From positions 1 through 26,655 of the IMG/VR virus record IMGVR_UViG_3300032330_001293: 26,655 nt of DNA. One strand, given 5' to 3'. The number at the start of each line of letters is the position of its first letter. Within the stretch, counting starts at the first letter, position 1. The notes under the pieces were generated by a model. That model saw nothing but the letters and a program-made list of their open reading frames with translations, made no database searches and had not been told where the DNA came from. The position numbers and the translations under genes were made by a program. Of the stretch, positions 1-7,297 are shown in pieces. Source of the stretch: a virus. Lineage: Duplodnaviria; Caudoviricetes.

Positions 1-558
1 ACCATCAGCGTTGATCTCAGAGGCAATCAAGTTCAGGCCGTCGTAGTTGGCAATCACAATCTCGTAGTCCTGCTGAATCATCTCTATGCGCCGTGAGGCT
101 TGCGTATGGTGGGCGACGATGGCGGAGCGATGGATAACACTGCGGTTGATGTCACCCATCCATGCGCTGTGCATGATAGACAGCGGACAGAGAATCAGCA
201 CACGACGAACTTCACCACGCTTCATCAAGAAGTCAGCCGCCCACAATGCTGAGAGCGTCTTGCCAGTGCCGGGGTCGTTAAAGCAGAACGCTCTGCGGTG
301 TAATGTGAGGAAAGCCGCTGTCTCTATTTGGTGAGCCATTGGTATAAACTTTCCGGGCCAGTCGTAGCGCCTAGTGATAGGCGACGGCACATCCTTCACA
401 CCAAGGTTGCGTAGCACCCGAGCCTCATCAAGCCCCCAGTACACAGCAACTTCATAGATGCCGTTCTCTTCAGACAACACCTTGTGCTTTGGAATGATCG
501 CGTACTTGTGCGGGTTGCGCGTGCGCAGTACGAGCGCTTTGTCATCAACGATCTGCAT
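1..558 (-). CDS. SNF2-family (SF2) phage helicase, N-terminal part; runs off the window edge
   Basis: Not in the ORF track. Manual translation from ATG at 558: MQIVDDKALVLRTRNPHK...PMAHQIETAAFL...FNDPGTGKT (Q motif, Walker A)...VLILCPLS (motif Ia)...IVIANYD. Open to position 1. Confidence 0.9.
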   Translation of the reverse strand, partial: MQIVDDKALVLRTRNPHKYAIIPKHKVLSEENGIYEVAVYWGLDEARVLRNLGVKDVPSPITRRYDWPGKFIPMAHQIETAAFLTLHRRAFCFNDPGTGKTLSALWAADFLMKRGEVRRVLILCPLSIMHSAWMGDINRSVIHRSAIVAHHTQASRRIEMIQQDYEIVIANYDGLNLIASEINADG

Positions 559-883
559 CTTCTCTTTCCGTCAAAACGTAGTAGTACAGTGTTTCGTCCA
601 TATCCATGCGCGATACTTTTCGCTGTTCAACTAGCGATCTGTTTGCTAACTCTTGCGCTACGTTTGCTTCGCCGCGATCTCCCGCGTTCCACATATCGTC
701 GTGTGTCACCGCCCTTGAACCGAACTGCACCATCCAAAGATCACGCAGTACTTCCGTTGGCGTTTCTATAAGCCCTGTGGGGTTACCTCCGTTTAAGTGT
801 ATTTTCCCAAGCATGTTTCCCCCACGCGGGTCACTCCACCCCATTGCGTATCGCTCAGTAGCTTTGTATTTCATCGTGCTCAT
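545..883 (-). CDS. Small protein, paralog family 1 member A; N-terminus resembles a major-capsid C-terminal motif
   Basis: Overlap-coupled to neighbours. Shares the LxDLWxxxFG core with 880-1224 and 1240-1704. N-terminus is MKYKATERYAMGWSDPRG. Confidence 0.8.
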   Translation of the reverse strand: MSTMKYKATERYAMGWSDPRGGNMLGKIHLNGGNPTGLIETPTEVLRDLWMVQFGSRAVTHDDMWNAGDRGEANVAQELANRSLVEQRKVSRMDMDETLYYYVLTEREDADR

Positions 884-1224
884 GCGCCCTCCTTAAGCCT
901 AGACCATGGCGTTGTGTCTGAGCGATGGTTAAGCTCTTCCATCATTTTGTTTTGGTGCAGTCGTGCGGAAGCATCGCACCAAAAGTCGTCTTCTAACTCT
1001 GACACATCTACCCACGTATCTCCGAAACGTGCACGCCACAGATTGACTAGCTCTGATAAAGGTATTGAGTACACAGGGTCCTTGTTAGGGTTGAACACCG
1101 TCATTATTGTGGGGTCAGGGTCTATGTGCTGAAAATATTTTGCGTATTCAGCAGGGCTCATTCCAAGTTTGGCCGCCAGTGCTATCTGTGACGGGTTCAT
1201 TAATATTTGTTTTACTTTTGCCAT
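880..1224 (-). CDS. Small protein, paralog family 1 member B; N-terminus resembles the scaffold C-terminus
   Basis: AGGAGAAGC RBS. Core LVNLWRARFGDTWVD. Residues 7-28 are 11/22 identical to the C-terminus of 24145-25101. Confidence 0.85.
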   Translation of the reverse strand: MAKVKQILMNPSQIALAAKLGMSPAEYAKYFQHIDPDPTIMTVFNPNKDPVYSIPLSELVNLWRARFGDTWVDVSELEDDFWCDASARLHQNKMMEELNHRSDTTPWSRLKEGA

Positions 1225-1239
1225 TCGCTTCTCCTTGAT

Positions 1240-1704
1240 TTATTCTGGTCTGCGGCACACGTACCGCGCTCGATCTGTTAGATAGTGCGTCTCAAGCTCG
1301 CCCATTTGTTTGAGCCTTCGGTACGCTAGCCTAAAGAAGTTATCGCCTTCAACATCCACTAGGTCAATCCATTCGTTTCCATAACGTGTTACCCAGAGAT
1401 CGATTAGCGAACCGACTGACACGTTGTAGGCTTCATGCTCAAGCTCTTTGCTTGTGGCAGGCGTGTGTGTTTCGCCTGTAATCTTTCCTATCGTGTGTTG
1501 CCCCGCCGCTTGTGAAAGCACATTGTTGTACTGCTGTTGCGCCATGTGTGCGTTTCCAACAGTGGTGTTAGTCCACATAGCTTGCCCCAACTGGTTCAGA
1601 GATTGTTGAGCGGGGCCAATCGCACCTTGCAGACCTGTCGTACCTTGAAGTCCCTGCGCGGCGTTCTGAGCGCCGCTACCGAATAGGTTGTTTAGTAGTG
1701 ACAT
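1240..1704 (-). CDS. Small protein, paralog family 1 member C; Q/G/A-rich N-terminus with a Gly-X-Y stretch
   Basis: TAATG overlap with the upstream gene. Core LIDLWVTRYGNEWID. Confidence 0.85.
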   Translation of the reverse strand: MSLLNNLFGSGAQNAAQGLQGTTGLQGAIGPAQQSLNQLGQAMWTNTTVGNAHMAQQQYNNVLSQAAGQHTIGKITGETHTPATSKELEHEAYNVSVGSLIDLWVTRYGNEWIDLVDVEGDNFFRLAYRRLKQMGELETHYLTDRARYVCRRPE

Positions 1705-1970
1705 TATTTTATTGAGTGGTCTGATTTGCGAGCGTATGAACGGTTCGCACTTGCATCTTTGACGCGCAGGTTTGAGCGCACAGTCTTGCCGCCTTTTGAG
1801 AGCGCTTTCTTGTGGTCAACATCTTTGCCGTCACCCTTGTGCACGAGGCCTTCCTTCTCCATCATGGCGCGTGCTTTGTTACGAGCGGCGCGTTTCTTTT
1901 TCACAGCGGGCGTGCCATCGTACTGCTCGTACTCTTTGGCGTAGGGGCGGGGTTTGTTTACGTAAGGCAT
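1704..1970 (-). CDS. Small HNH-type endonuclease-like protein
   Basis: DVDHKKALSKGG...NLRV...ANRS fits the HNH pattern; basic N-terminus. Confidence 0.75.
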   Translation of the reverse strand: MPYVNKPRPYAKEYEQYDGTPAVKKKRAARNKARAMMEKEGLVHKGDGKDVDHKKALSKGGKTVRSNLRVKDASANRSYARKSDHSIK

Positions 1971-1978
1971 GTTAGTTC

Positions 1979-2293
1979 CTATCTTGCTTGGTTAATTTTG
2001 GACACGGATTTGAGCGCATCTACTACGCGCATCGGTTGGTCTTTGTCCGTCTTGATCTTCATCACGTCATGGGCTAAACGTAACGCCATAACTGTCGCAC
2101 ATTCTGGGTGAAACCACAATGACACGTAGCCCTCAATGTGGTCGTGAAAATTTACCATGCGCGGGTCTTTGCTCTGCGTTAGCACGCCGTGGGCTGAGTG
2201 CTCAATGGCGGGTTGGTCTTCTCTAATATCTCCGTGGCAGATGTGACATTTGCATGGGGTCATCATGAAGTCGTTTGGGTAATGAACAGCCAT
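1979..2293 (-). CDS. Hypothetical Zn-binding protein
   Basis: CHIC...FHPEC (CxxC...HxxC); AGGAG RBS. Confidence 0.7.
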   Translation of the reverse strand: MAVHYPNDFMMTPCKCHICHGDIREDQPAIEHSAHGVLTQSKDPRMVNFHDHIEGYVSLWFHPECATVMALRLAHDVMKIKTDKDQPMRVVDALKSVSKINQAR

Positions 2294-2302
2294 TTGTTTC
2301 TC

Positions 2303-2968
2303 CTAGTGTTTCTTATTAAATTCGCAGGTTTTTACTGGGCACCAACCGCACAGAGGTGTTTGGTTCGGGTTCCACACATCGTTGGCAAAGCTTGCTTCAA
2401 GCCGCGCAGTACGCTCACGGTAGTCCCACCAGTGTTTGTCGATGTCTTCTCGCGCCATGGACATCTTGACCATGTCGTTCTTGACAATGAATAAAAGTGC
2501 AGAGTTAACTTTGCGGATGTGCGGGAAGTGCGCAAACACCATGAGCGACATGAGCACAAGCTGATCTCTGTCTGGGTACTTGTTGTTGCCAGTCTTCCAG
2601 TCGCCCACCCACGCCGTAAGGTTGTCGTCATCAACGACAAGGATGTCAGCAATGCCACGCACCCATACGTCTTTGTCTTTCCAACCAGTTGGCTTGAGGT
2701 CCACAGTCAGCGCCATCTCATACTCTGCAAGCTTGCGCCCATTCTTCTTGAGCATGGCGTCCACCACAGGCTTGAACTGTTCGTACTCGGCAGGTATCGG
2801 TTTGCCGTCCCTGATGTAGAACTCAATAGCTTCATGCACCTGATTGCCGTAGCGCGTTGCCTCAGTCTCAACGAACGGGTAGTTCTTTAAGACCTTGACC
2901 TCTTGGTATCTACGTGCGCATCCCTCGTAGTCTTTGAGGGAGGAGTGTGACCATGCGGGTTGTTTCAT
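2303..2968 (-). CDS. PD-(D/E)XK (Cas4/RecB-like) exonuclease
   Basis: WSHSSL..YEGC, G..VHEAIE, RGIADIL, DWKTG, QL..., and C-terminal CGWCPVKTC cysteine cluster. Confidence 0.9.
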   Translation of the reverse strand: MKQPAWSHSSLKDYEGCARRYQEVKVLKNYPFVETEATRYGNQVHEAIEFYIRDGKPIPAEYEQFKPVVDAMLKKNGRKLAEYEMALTVDLKPTGWKDKDVWVRGIADILVVDDDNLTAWVGDWKTGNNKYPDRDQLVLMSLMVFAHFPHIRKVNSALLFIVKNDMVKMSMAREDIDKHWWDYRERTARLEASFANDVWNPNQTPLCGWCPVKTCEFNKKH

Positions 2969-3171
2969 AAGTTTGGGTATTGGTTGTATTTTGTAAAGGT
3001 GTCAAAGACGTCGTAGATGAGAGGGCGATTTTCGCGCAGATAGACTGCTAACGAACGACCATTCGGGGTGACTATGTAAGCACCGCGTTGCTTTTCCACT
3101 ATCTCCCAACCTGCAATCATCATTGCGTCGAACATGGCCTGCTCTTCAGAGTTTCGCAGAGTTAACGGCAT
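2965..3171 (-). CDS. Small hypothetical protein (start 3171 or 3135)
   Basis: Fills the gap between genes with an ATGA overlap to the exonuclease. The 3324 start in the track overlaps the upstream gene extensively. Confidence 0.55.
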   Translation of the reverse strand: MPLTLRNSEEQAMFDAMMIAGWEIVEKQRGAYIVTPNGRSLAVYLRENRPLIYDVFDTFTKYNQYPNL

Positions 3172-3442
3172 CGCATAACCTATTTGCAAAAGCTGTAACA
3201 AAGCGCTCGTTGGCGCACAGGTCGTGCCCCATGTCGTACAGGATGGCATGCGTAAGCTCATGCCAGAATGTGTCGTCAACCTCTTCTTGCTCAAACGTGT
3301 TGCCGTGATTGTCGAACTTGGCAATCTCGATGCGGTTCTCGTCGAAGTACGTGCGCCCCATGGCGGCGGGGTCTTGTATTGTCTGTGGGCGCGTAATCTC
3401 GTACGTCTTTTTGCCCACGCTGATGCGTCTTGGTATCTGCAT
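3146..3442 (-). CDS. Small HExxH zincin-like metallopeptidase-domain protein
   Basis: GRTYFDENRIEI...DTFWHELTHAIL...NERFV. Confidence 0.75.
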   Translation of the reverse strand: MQIPRRISVGKKTYEITRPQTIQDPAAMGRTYFDENRIEIAKFDNHGNTFEQEEVDDTFWHELTHAILYDMGHDLCANERFVTAFANRLCDAVNSAKL

Positions 3443-3685
3443 TTAATTCTCCTCTACTTTTTCGTACGTCATTTCAAAGATGTCAGGCTTGCACGGGTAG
3501 TGCTCGCCCTTCACGCCTGTGATAATCCAGTCGCCCTCGGTGACTTCGTGCCCACCCTCCAGTGTGTGAATCCATCCTTTGTTTGCGCTTTCGCGGCCTC
3601 TTGGCATGATGGTGACCTTGGGATGGTCGCCATGCTTGAACCATTGTGTGGCCTCAATGACCACAGGTTTCTTTCTATACTTCAT
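3443..3685 (-). CDS. Conserved small phage protein (RKKPVVIEA...YPCKPDIFE family)
   Basis: Recognisable motifs KYRKKPVVIEA, TLEG, GDWIITGVKGE.YPCKPDIFE.TYE; AGGAGAAGC RBS. Confidence 0.85.
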   Translation of the reverse strand: MKYRKKPVVIEATQWFKHGDHPKVTIMPRGRESANKGWIHTLEGGHEVTEGDWIITGVKGEHYPCKPDIFEMTYEKVEEN

Positions 3686-3693
3686 TGCTTCTC

Positions 3694-5661
3694 CTAGTTT
3701 TTTGCTAACCCATAACGACGGTGTGCGCCACCGTCAGCGTCCAATGGAATACCTTGCATGTAGCTTGGCTCCATAGTCATTTGCGCCAAGACCCAAGTCT
3801 TAGCGTCAGCCACTTCATCGTCAGGTACAACAGCAATCAGTTCATCATGCACTGTGCCTGCGATCGGGTACTTCTTTGAGACCCTCAACATACCATCCGT
3901 CATCACAATGCGAGCCAAGGCCTGCGTGATGTTGTTCGTTATCTTCCCTGCATACAACTTGGTAGCGTGTGGCCCATAGACTGCTTGGCTCCTACCTTTG
4001 TCGTCCTTCTCATAGCGAAGATCAGGGTACAACAACTTCATTCCGTTGGGCAATTCAATCTCGCCTTTGCGGAACGTAACGCATTTATACACCAGTTCTT
4101 CACCATTGACAAGCGACCTGTGTAAAGCTGTTTCACAGAGGCTCCAGAACGCTACAACAGGGTACGCTGTTCTCCTATACGTATCTATGATTGCTTTGGA
4201 TGCAAGCGCATGGTGCAGAAGTTCCGGTGTGGTACACGTGTGCGGTATCTCCAACAGCTTCTCTTCGTTGCCTGCCATCTTGACGAACGCGCTCGCATAC
4301 TCTGAGTCAACGCCTAACTTCTTTGCGAAGTCTTTTGAGTATCGCTGAGGCGGTGCACCGAGGAAGCCTACTAACAACTGCGATGCAAACGACGCCCAAC
4401 CGAGGCCGTACCCGCACCCAAGTAATGCAGACTTCGCAGACTGTCGAAGATCTGGGTGAGTTTCTTTGGTGAGGTTCGGGATGTTGAACATCTGAGCGCC
4501 GAAAGCGGCGTAAGGGTCACCACCTGCCCTGAAGATGTTGAGCATGTCTTCGTAATCCGAAAGCCACGCGAGCACTCGCGGTTCAATTTGAGATAAGTCC
4601 CCCACGACCAGTTGGTAACCTTCGGGAGCCATAATCGCTTTGCGTAAGAACGAACCTCGCTTGAGGTTTTGCATGTTAATGGCCGAGCCTTTGGCGGCAG
4701 TCCAACGACCTGTTTGCGCACCATAGTAGGAGAGAGGTACCGGTAAGGCTCCACGTTTACTAATGTCGAGGAATCTCTGAGCCCTTGTGCGCTCGGTGGT
4801 CGATTTAACCTTAAGACGCGCTTGACAAAGTAGGGCAATGTCTTCACGTTCACTGTTGAGCAACGTCTGGAAGAGTGCATCGTTCTTTGCGAGTGCAAGC
4901 GCTGTCTTCCCTGTTGTCTTACTTGTTTTGGTAGGCGGAACAACGCCCAGTTTTGTAAGTAGTTCAGCAAACTTTGGGTTCGATGCCAGCTCAGCCTCTT
5001 CCACGCCGAGCCTCTGTAATAGTTGTTCACGAGCGTTGCCCTCCTCGGCCAGTGCCTTGATTAACATTTGTTGGTCTAACTGCAACAGCGGACGCGTGTA
5101 CATCTTGAGCGTCATGTCGATGAGCCGTAGCTCTTTCGCAGGGTAGCCTGCACGTAGGCGCTTGAAGATCTCTTCACAAAGATACACGTCATGCGCACAA
5201 TACTCGGCAAGTTCTTTCTCTATCTCAGGCGTGAGTTCTTGCAAGCCGTTGGTGTTGTGGACGGCGGCTCCCTTGGGGGGCAGGCCGAAATCCTGCGCCA
5301 GTTTCATCAATGAGTTGCCCACCTCAACACCACGTAGAGCGCGAGCCATGGAGAGAGAATCAAAAATAAAGCATGGATGCCAGTTATACGCCCACTCCAA
5401 TATAGATACATCGAACTGAGCGTTGTGAGCCAGAACAGCAGTAGTAGCAGGGTCGTAGCAACTAAGGATGCGTGGTAACTCGTCGGCTCTGTACCATTGT
5501 GTGCGTTTGTCTGAGCCGTACTCATGGATGCACGCTCCGAAAGCTTTGAATCTTGGGTCACGAATGTACTCCTCGGTTGTCATCTTGGACAGCGTGTACT
5601 CTTTGCTGTCCCATCGTGTTTCAAAATCGACTGTGATGATTTGTTTGAATGGCTTGCTCAT
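3694..5661 (-). CDS. polA: DNA polymerase, family A, with 3'-5' exonuclease domain
   Basis: ExoI VDFET, ExoII HNAQFD, ExoIII YCAHD; TGRW; motif A DLSQIEPR; motif B KSALLGCGYG; motif C TVHDEL. Confidence 0.96.
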   Translation of the reverse strand: MSKPFKQIITVDFETRWDSKEYTLSKMTTEEYIRDPRFKAFGACIHEYGSDKRTQWYRADELPRILSCYDPATTAVLAHNAQFDVSILEWAYNWHPCFIFDSLSMARALRGVEVGNSLMKLAQDFGLPPKGAAVHNTNGLQELTPEIEKELAEYCAHDVYLCEEIFKRLRAGYPAKELRLIDMTLKMYTRPLLQLDQQMLIKALAEEGNAREQLLQRLGVEEAELASNPKFAELLTKLGVVPPTKTSKTTGKTALALAKNDALFQTLLNSEREDIALLCQARLKVKSTTERTRAQRFLDISKRGALPVPLSYYGAQTGRWTAAKGSAINMQNLKRGSFLRKAIMAPEGYQLVVGDLSQIEPRVLAWLSDYEDMLNIFRAGGDPYAAFGAQMFNIPNLTKETHPDLRQSAKSALLGCGYGLGWASFASQLLVGFLGAPPQRYSKDFAKKLGVDSEYASAFVKMAGNEEKLLEIPHTCTTPELLHHALASKAIIDTYRRTAYPVVAFWSLCETALHRSLVNGEELVYKCVTFRKGEIELPNGMKLLYPDLRYEKDDKGRSQAVYGPHATKLYAGKITNNITQALARIVMTDGMLRVSKKYPIAGTVHDELIAVVPDDEVADAKTWVLAQMTMEPSYMQGIPLDADGGAHRRYGLAKN

Positions 5662-5891
5662 TTTTGTTTTCTTTCTCCAAGTACTTTATTACTCCACTCA
5701 ACCTTGTAGATGCCGCCATTCAAGTCAAAGTCAATTCGTAAGTTGCACTCGACAAGGTACGGGTGCAAACCCACACCCAACCCATCCCTGTTCTGACTAA
5801 CTCTGTAATACTTGCTGACACATGTCTTGCCGCGATCTTCTTCAGGAATAATCTGCCTGTACAGTGGTTCAGGTGTTTTTGATTTGCTCAA
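5658..5891 (-). CDS. Hypothetical protein
   Basis: 4-nt overlaps with both neighbours. Confidence 0.7.
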   Translation of the reverse strand: MSKSKTPEPLYRQIIPEEDRGKTCVSKYYRVSQNRDGLGVGLHPYLVECNLRIDFDLNGGIYKVEWSNKVLGERKQK

Positions 5892-6169
5892 TTAAATTGC
5901 TCCTTTGGTGGTGCGTCGAGGAGATTTAAAAAGCCGAAAAAATCGTTTGCCGCCAACATGAGTTGCGACGCCTCCATCTCATCACAATTTAGGGTGACGA
6001 CTCCTGCAAACTCATCCTCTGCGCGGCCAATGATGACAACAGCCTGCGCTTTGCCTTCTCCATAACACATCACCAACTTGTGTATCAGCAACTTGAAGTG
6101 CGCCTGCTCTTCGTCCGACATCGCCTCAACGCGTCGTTCTAATTCTTTCTGCGACATTGACTCGCTCAT
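5888..6169 (-). CDS. Hypothetical protein
   Basis: GGAGG RBS; overlap-coupled. Confidence 0.75.
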   Translation of the reverse strand: MSESMSQKELERRVEAMSDEEQAHFKLLIHKLVMCYGEGKAQAVVIIGRAEDEFAGVVTLNCDEMEASQLMLAANDFFGFLNLLDAPPKEQFN

Positions 6170-6450
6170 GATAAGACCTCCTTTAAAGTGTGTATGTTGT
6201 CCTCGTTGATGACAACTGCCGTCCCCCCTGCGCCACGTATGCGGCTTAGATGGGCTTCTTGTAGAGCGGTGGTTTTACCCTTACCCGCTTTTGCTTCAAT
6301 GCCGACGAACTTACCGCCAGCACACACGAGAAAGTCAGGCACGCCCGAGTTCCCGTATCCTGTCCCGATGGGCATGGCGTAGTACATGCCAAGCTCATCA
6401 AGAATCTTCCTGATCTGTTTCTTCACTTTCACTTCTGGTGTTGAAGCCAT
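6166..6450 (-). CDS. VRR-NUC family nuclease (putative Holliday junction resolvase)
   Basis: TPEVKVK, GVPDFL, GIEAKAG, TALQ motifs. Confidence 0.88.
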   Translation of the reverse strand: MASTPEVKVKKQIRKILDELGMYYAMPIGTGYGNSGVPDFLVCAGGKFVGIEAKAGKGKTTALQEAHLSRIRGAGGTAVVINEDNIHTLKEVLS

Positions 6451-6847
6451 GTTCTATCTCCATCTTTACTATGCTTGTGCCGTAGACCATTGCCGCCTGC
6501 ATCTGGCGTGAGTAGTTGTACGAGTCTACTGAGTGCCCCCACCACGCCTGCGTCTTCGCTTCTATCTGTCCGCAGTGAATGTCCAACTCCTCGCCTGTCA
6601 CCAGTTTAAACCCATCAGGTGTGGCGATCATGACTTCTTCAGTACGAAGCCTGTTGTAGCGATTGGCAAGTATCATGGCCTCGTCACGCTGTTTGTACAG
6701 CTCACCAATACGTTGCTCCATGTACTTGTCTTTATGTTTGTGGTCGGTCAGCTTGTCCTGCAACAGCCGCACCTGATTCTTCAACTCCTCCACAACATCT
6801 TTCTGAGCGAGGCGTTCAAACTTCTTTTGTTTCCATGCTGCCGTCAT
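6398..6847 (-). CDS. Hypothetical protein, paralog family 2 member E (coiled coil + AxRYxxL domain + variable tail)
   Basis: ANRYNRLR...G...T.EELD aligns by eye with 6844-7125; ATGA coupling. Confidence 0.75.
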   Translation of the reverse strand: MTAAWKQKKFERLAQKDVVEELKNQVRLLQDKLTDHKHKDKYMEQRIGELYKQRDEAMILANRYNRLRTEEVMIATPDGFKLVTGEELDIHCGQIEAKTQAWWGHSVDSYNYSRQMQAAMVYGTSIVKMEIEHGFNTRSESEETDQEDS

Positions 6848-7125
6848 TTTCGATTCTCCTTGATTGTCATTGTGAGTTCTTTCTCCAATATCTTTAACGC
6901 GTGCGTTGTGATGCTTGCAGGGGTGAGTAACCCTGTGCGGATTTCCAATGTATCAATGTAGGCGTCGATCTCTTCGTATGTTTCAAAGTGCAAGGCACCT
7001 TTGTTCTTATCCATGATGACGAGTGTGTCGACAAAGTACTTTAACTTGCGGTAACGCATAGCGTCTTTGAACTGTGCTTCGCCTGTGTCTTTGACGTATT
7101 TGTATTCGTGTGTTTGTGTATCCAT
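6844..7125 (-). CDS. Hypothetical protein, paralog family 2 member D (DAxRYRxL domain + coat-like tail)
   Basis: GGAGAAGC RBS; DAMRYRKLK...EEIDAYID resembles the common phage DAERYRWLR...LDAAID motif. Confidence 0.8.
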   Translation of the reverse strand: MDTQTHEYKYVKDTGEAQFKDAMRYRKLKYFVDTLVIMDKNKGALHFETYEEIDAYIDTLEIRTGLLTPASITTHALKILEKELTMTIKENRK

Positions 7126-7146
7126 TTGCTTCTCCAGTTATTAGGT

Positions 7147-7265
7147 GAGGGGGTTAAGTAGATTCCGCGCCCCCTCGTATCGCGGTGGGGAGTGGCAACA
7201 AGTGGTTTCCTTCGGTCGCCGGACTGACGATCACCTGTTGCCGACAAAGTGTGGTTGCATCTACT
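7147..7265 (-). ncRNA. Candidate structured RNA (three-way junction with pseudoknot)
   Basis: Intergenic. Complementary pairs: 7157-7163/7259-7265, 7194-7204/7232-7242, 7165-7169/7181-7185, and crossing pair 7170-7176/7147-7153. Confidence 0.55.
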
Positions 7266-7297
7266 AGGCTTGCACAAATCGTCTTTATCACACTTCG

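Noticed and set aside
2303-2968. Cas4-like nuclease as evidence of CRISPR-Cas
   Set aside because: No other cas genes or array; this is a common stand-alone phage exonuclease in replication modules.
7224-7230. CTGACGA resembling a hammerhead ribozyme core on the + strand
   Set aside because: No correctly placed stem II and GAAA follow, and the G-U pairing favours the minus strand.
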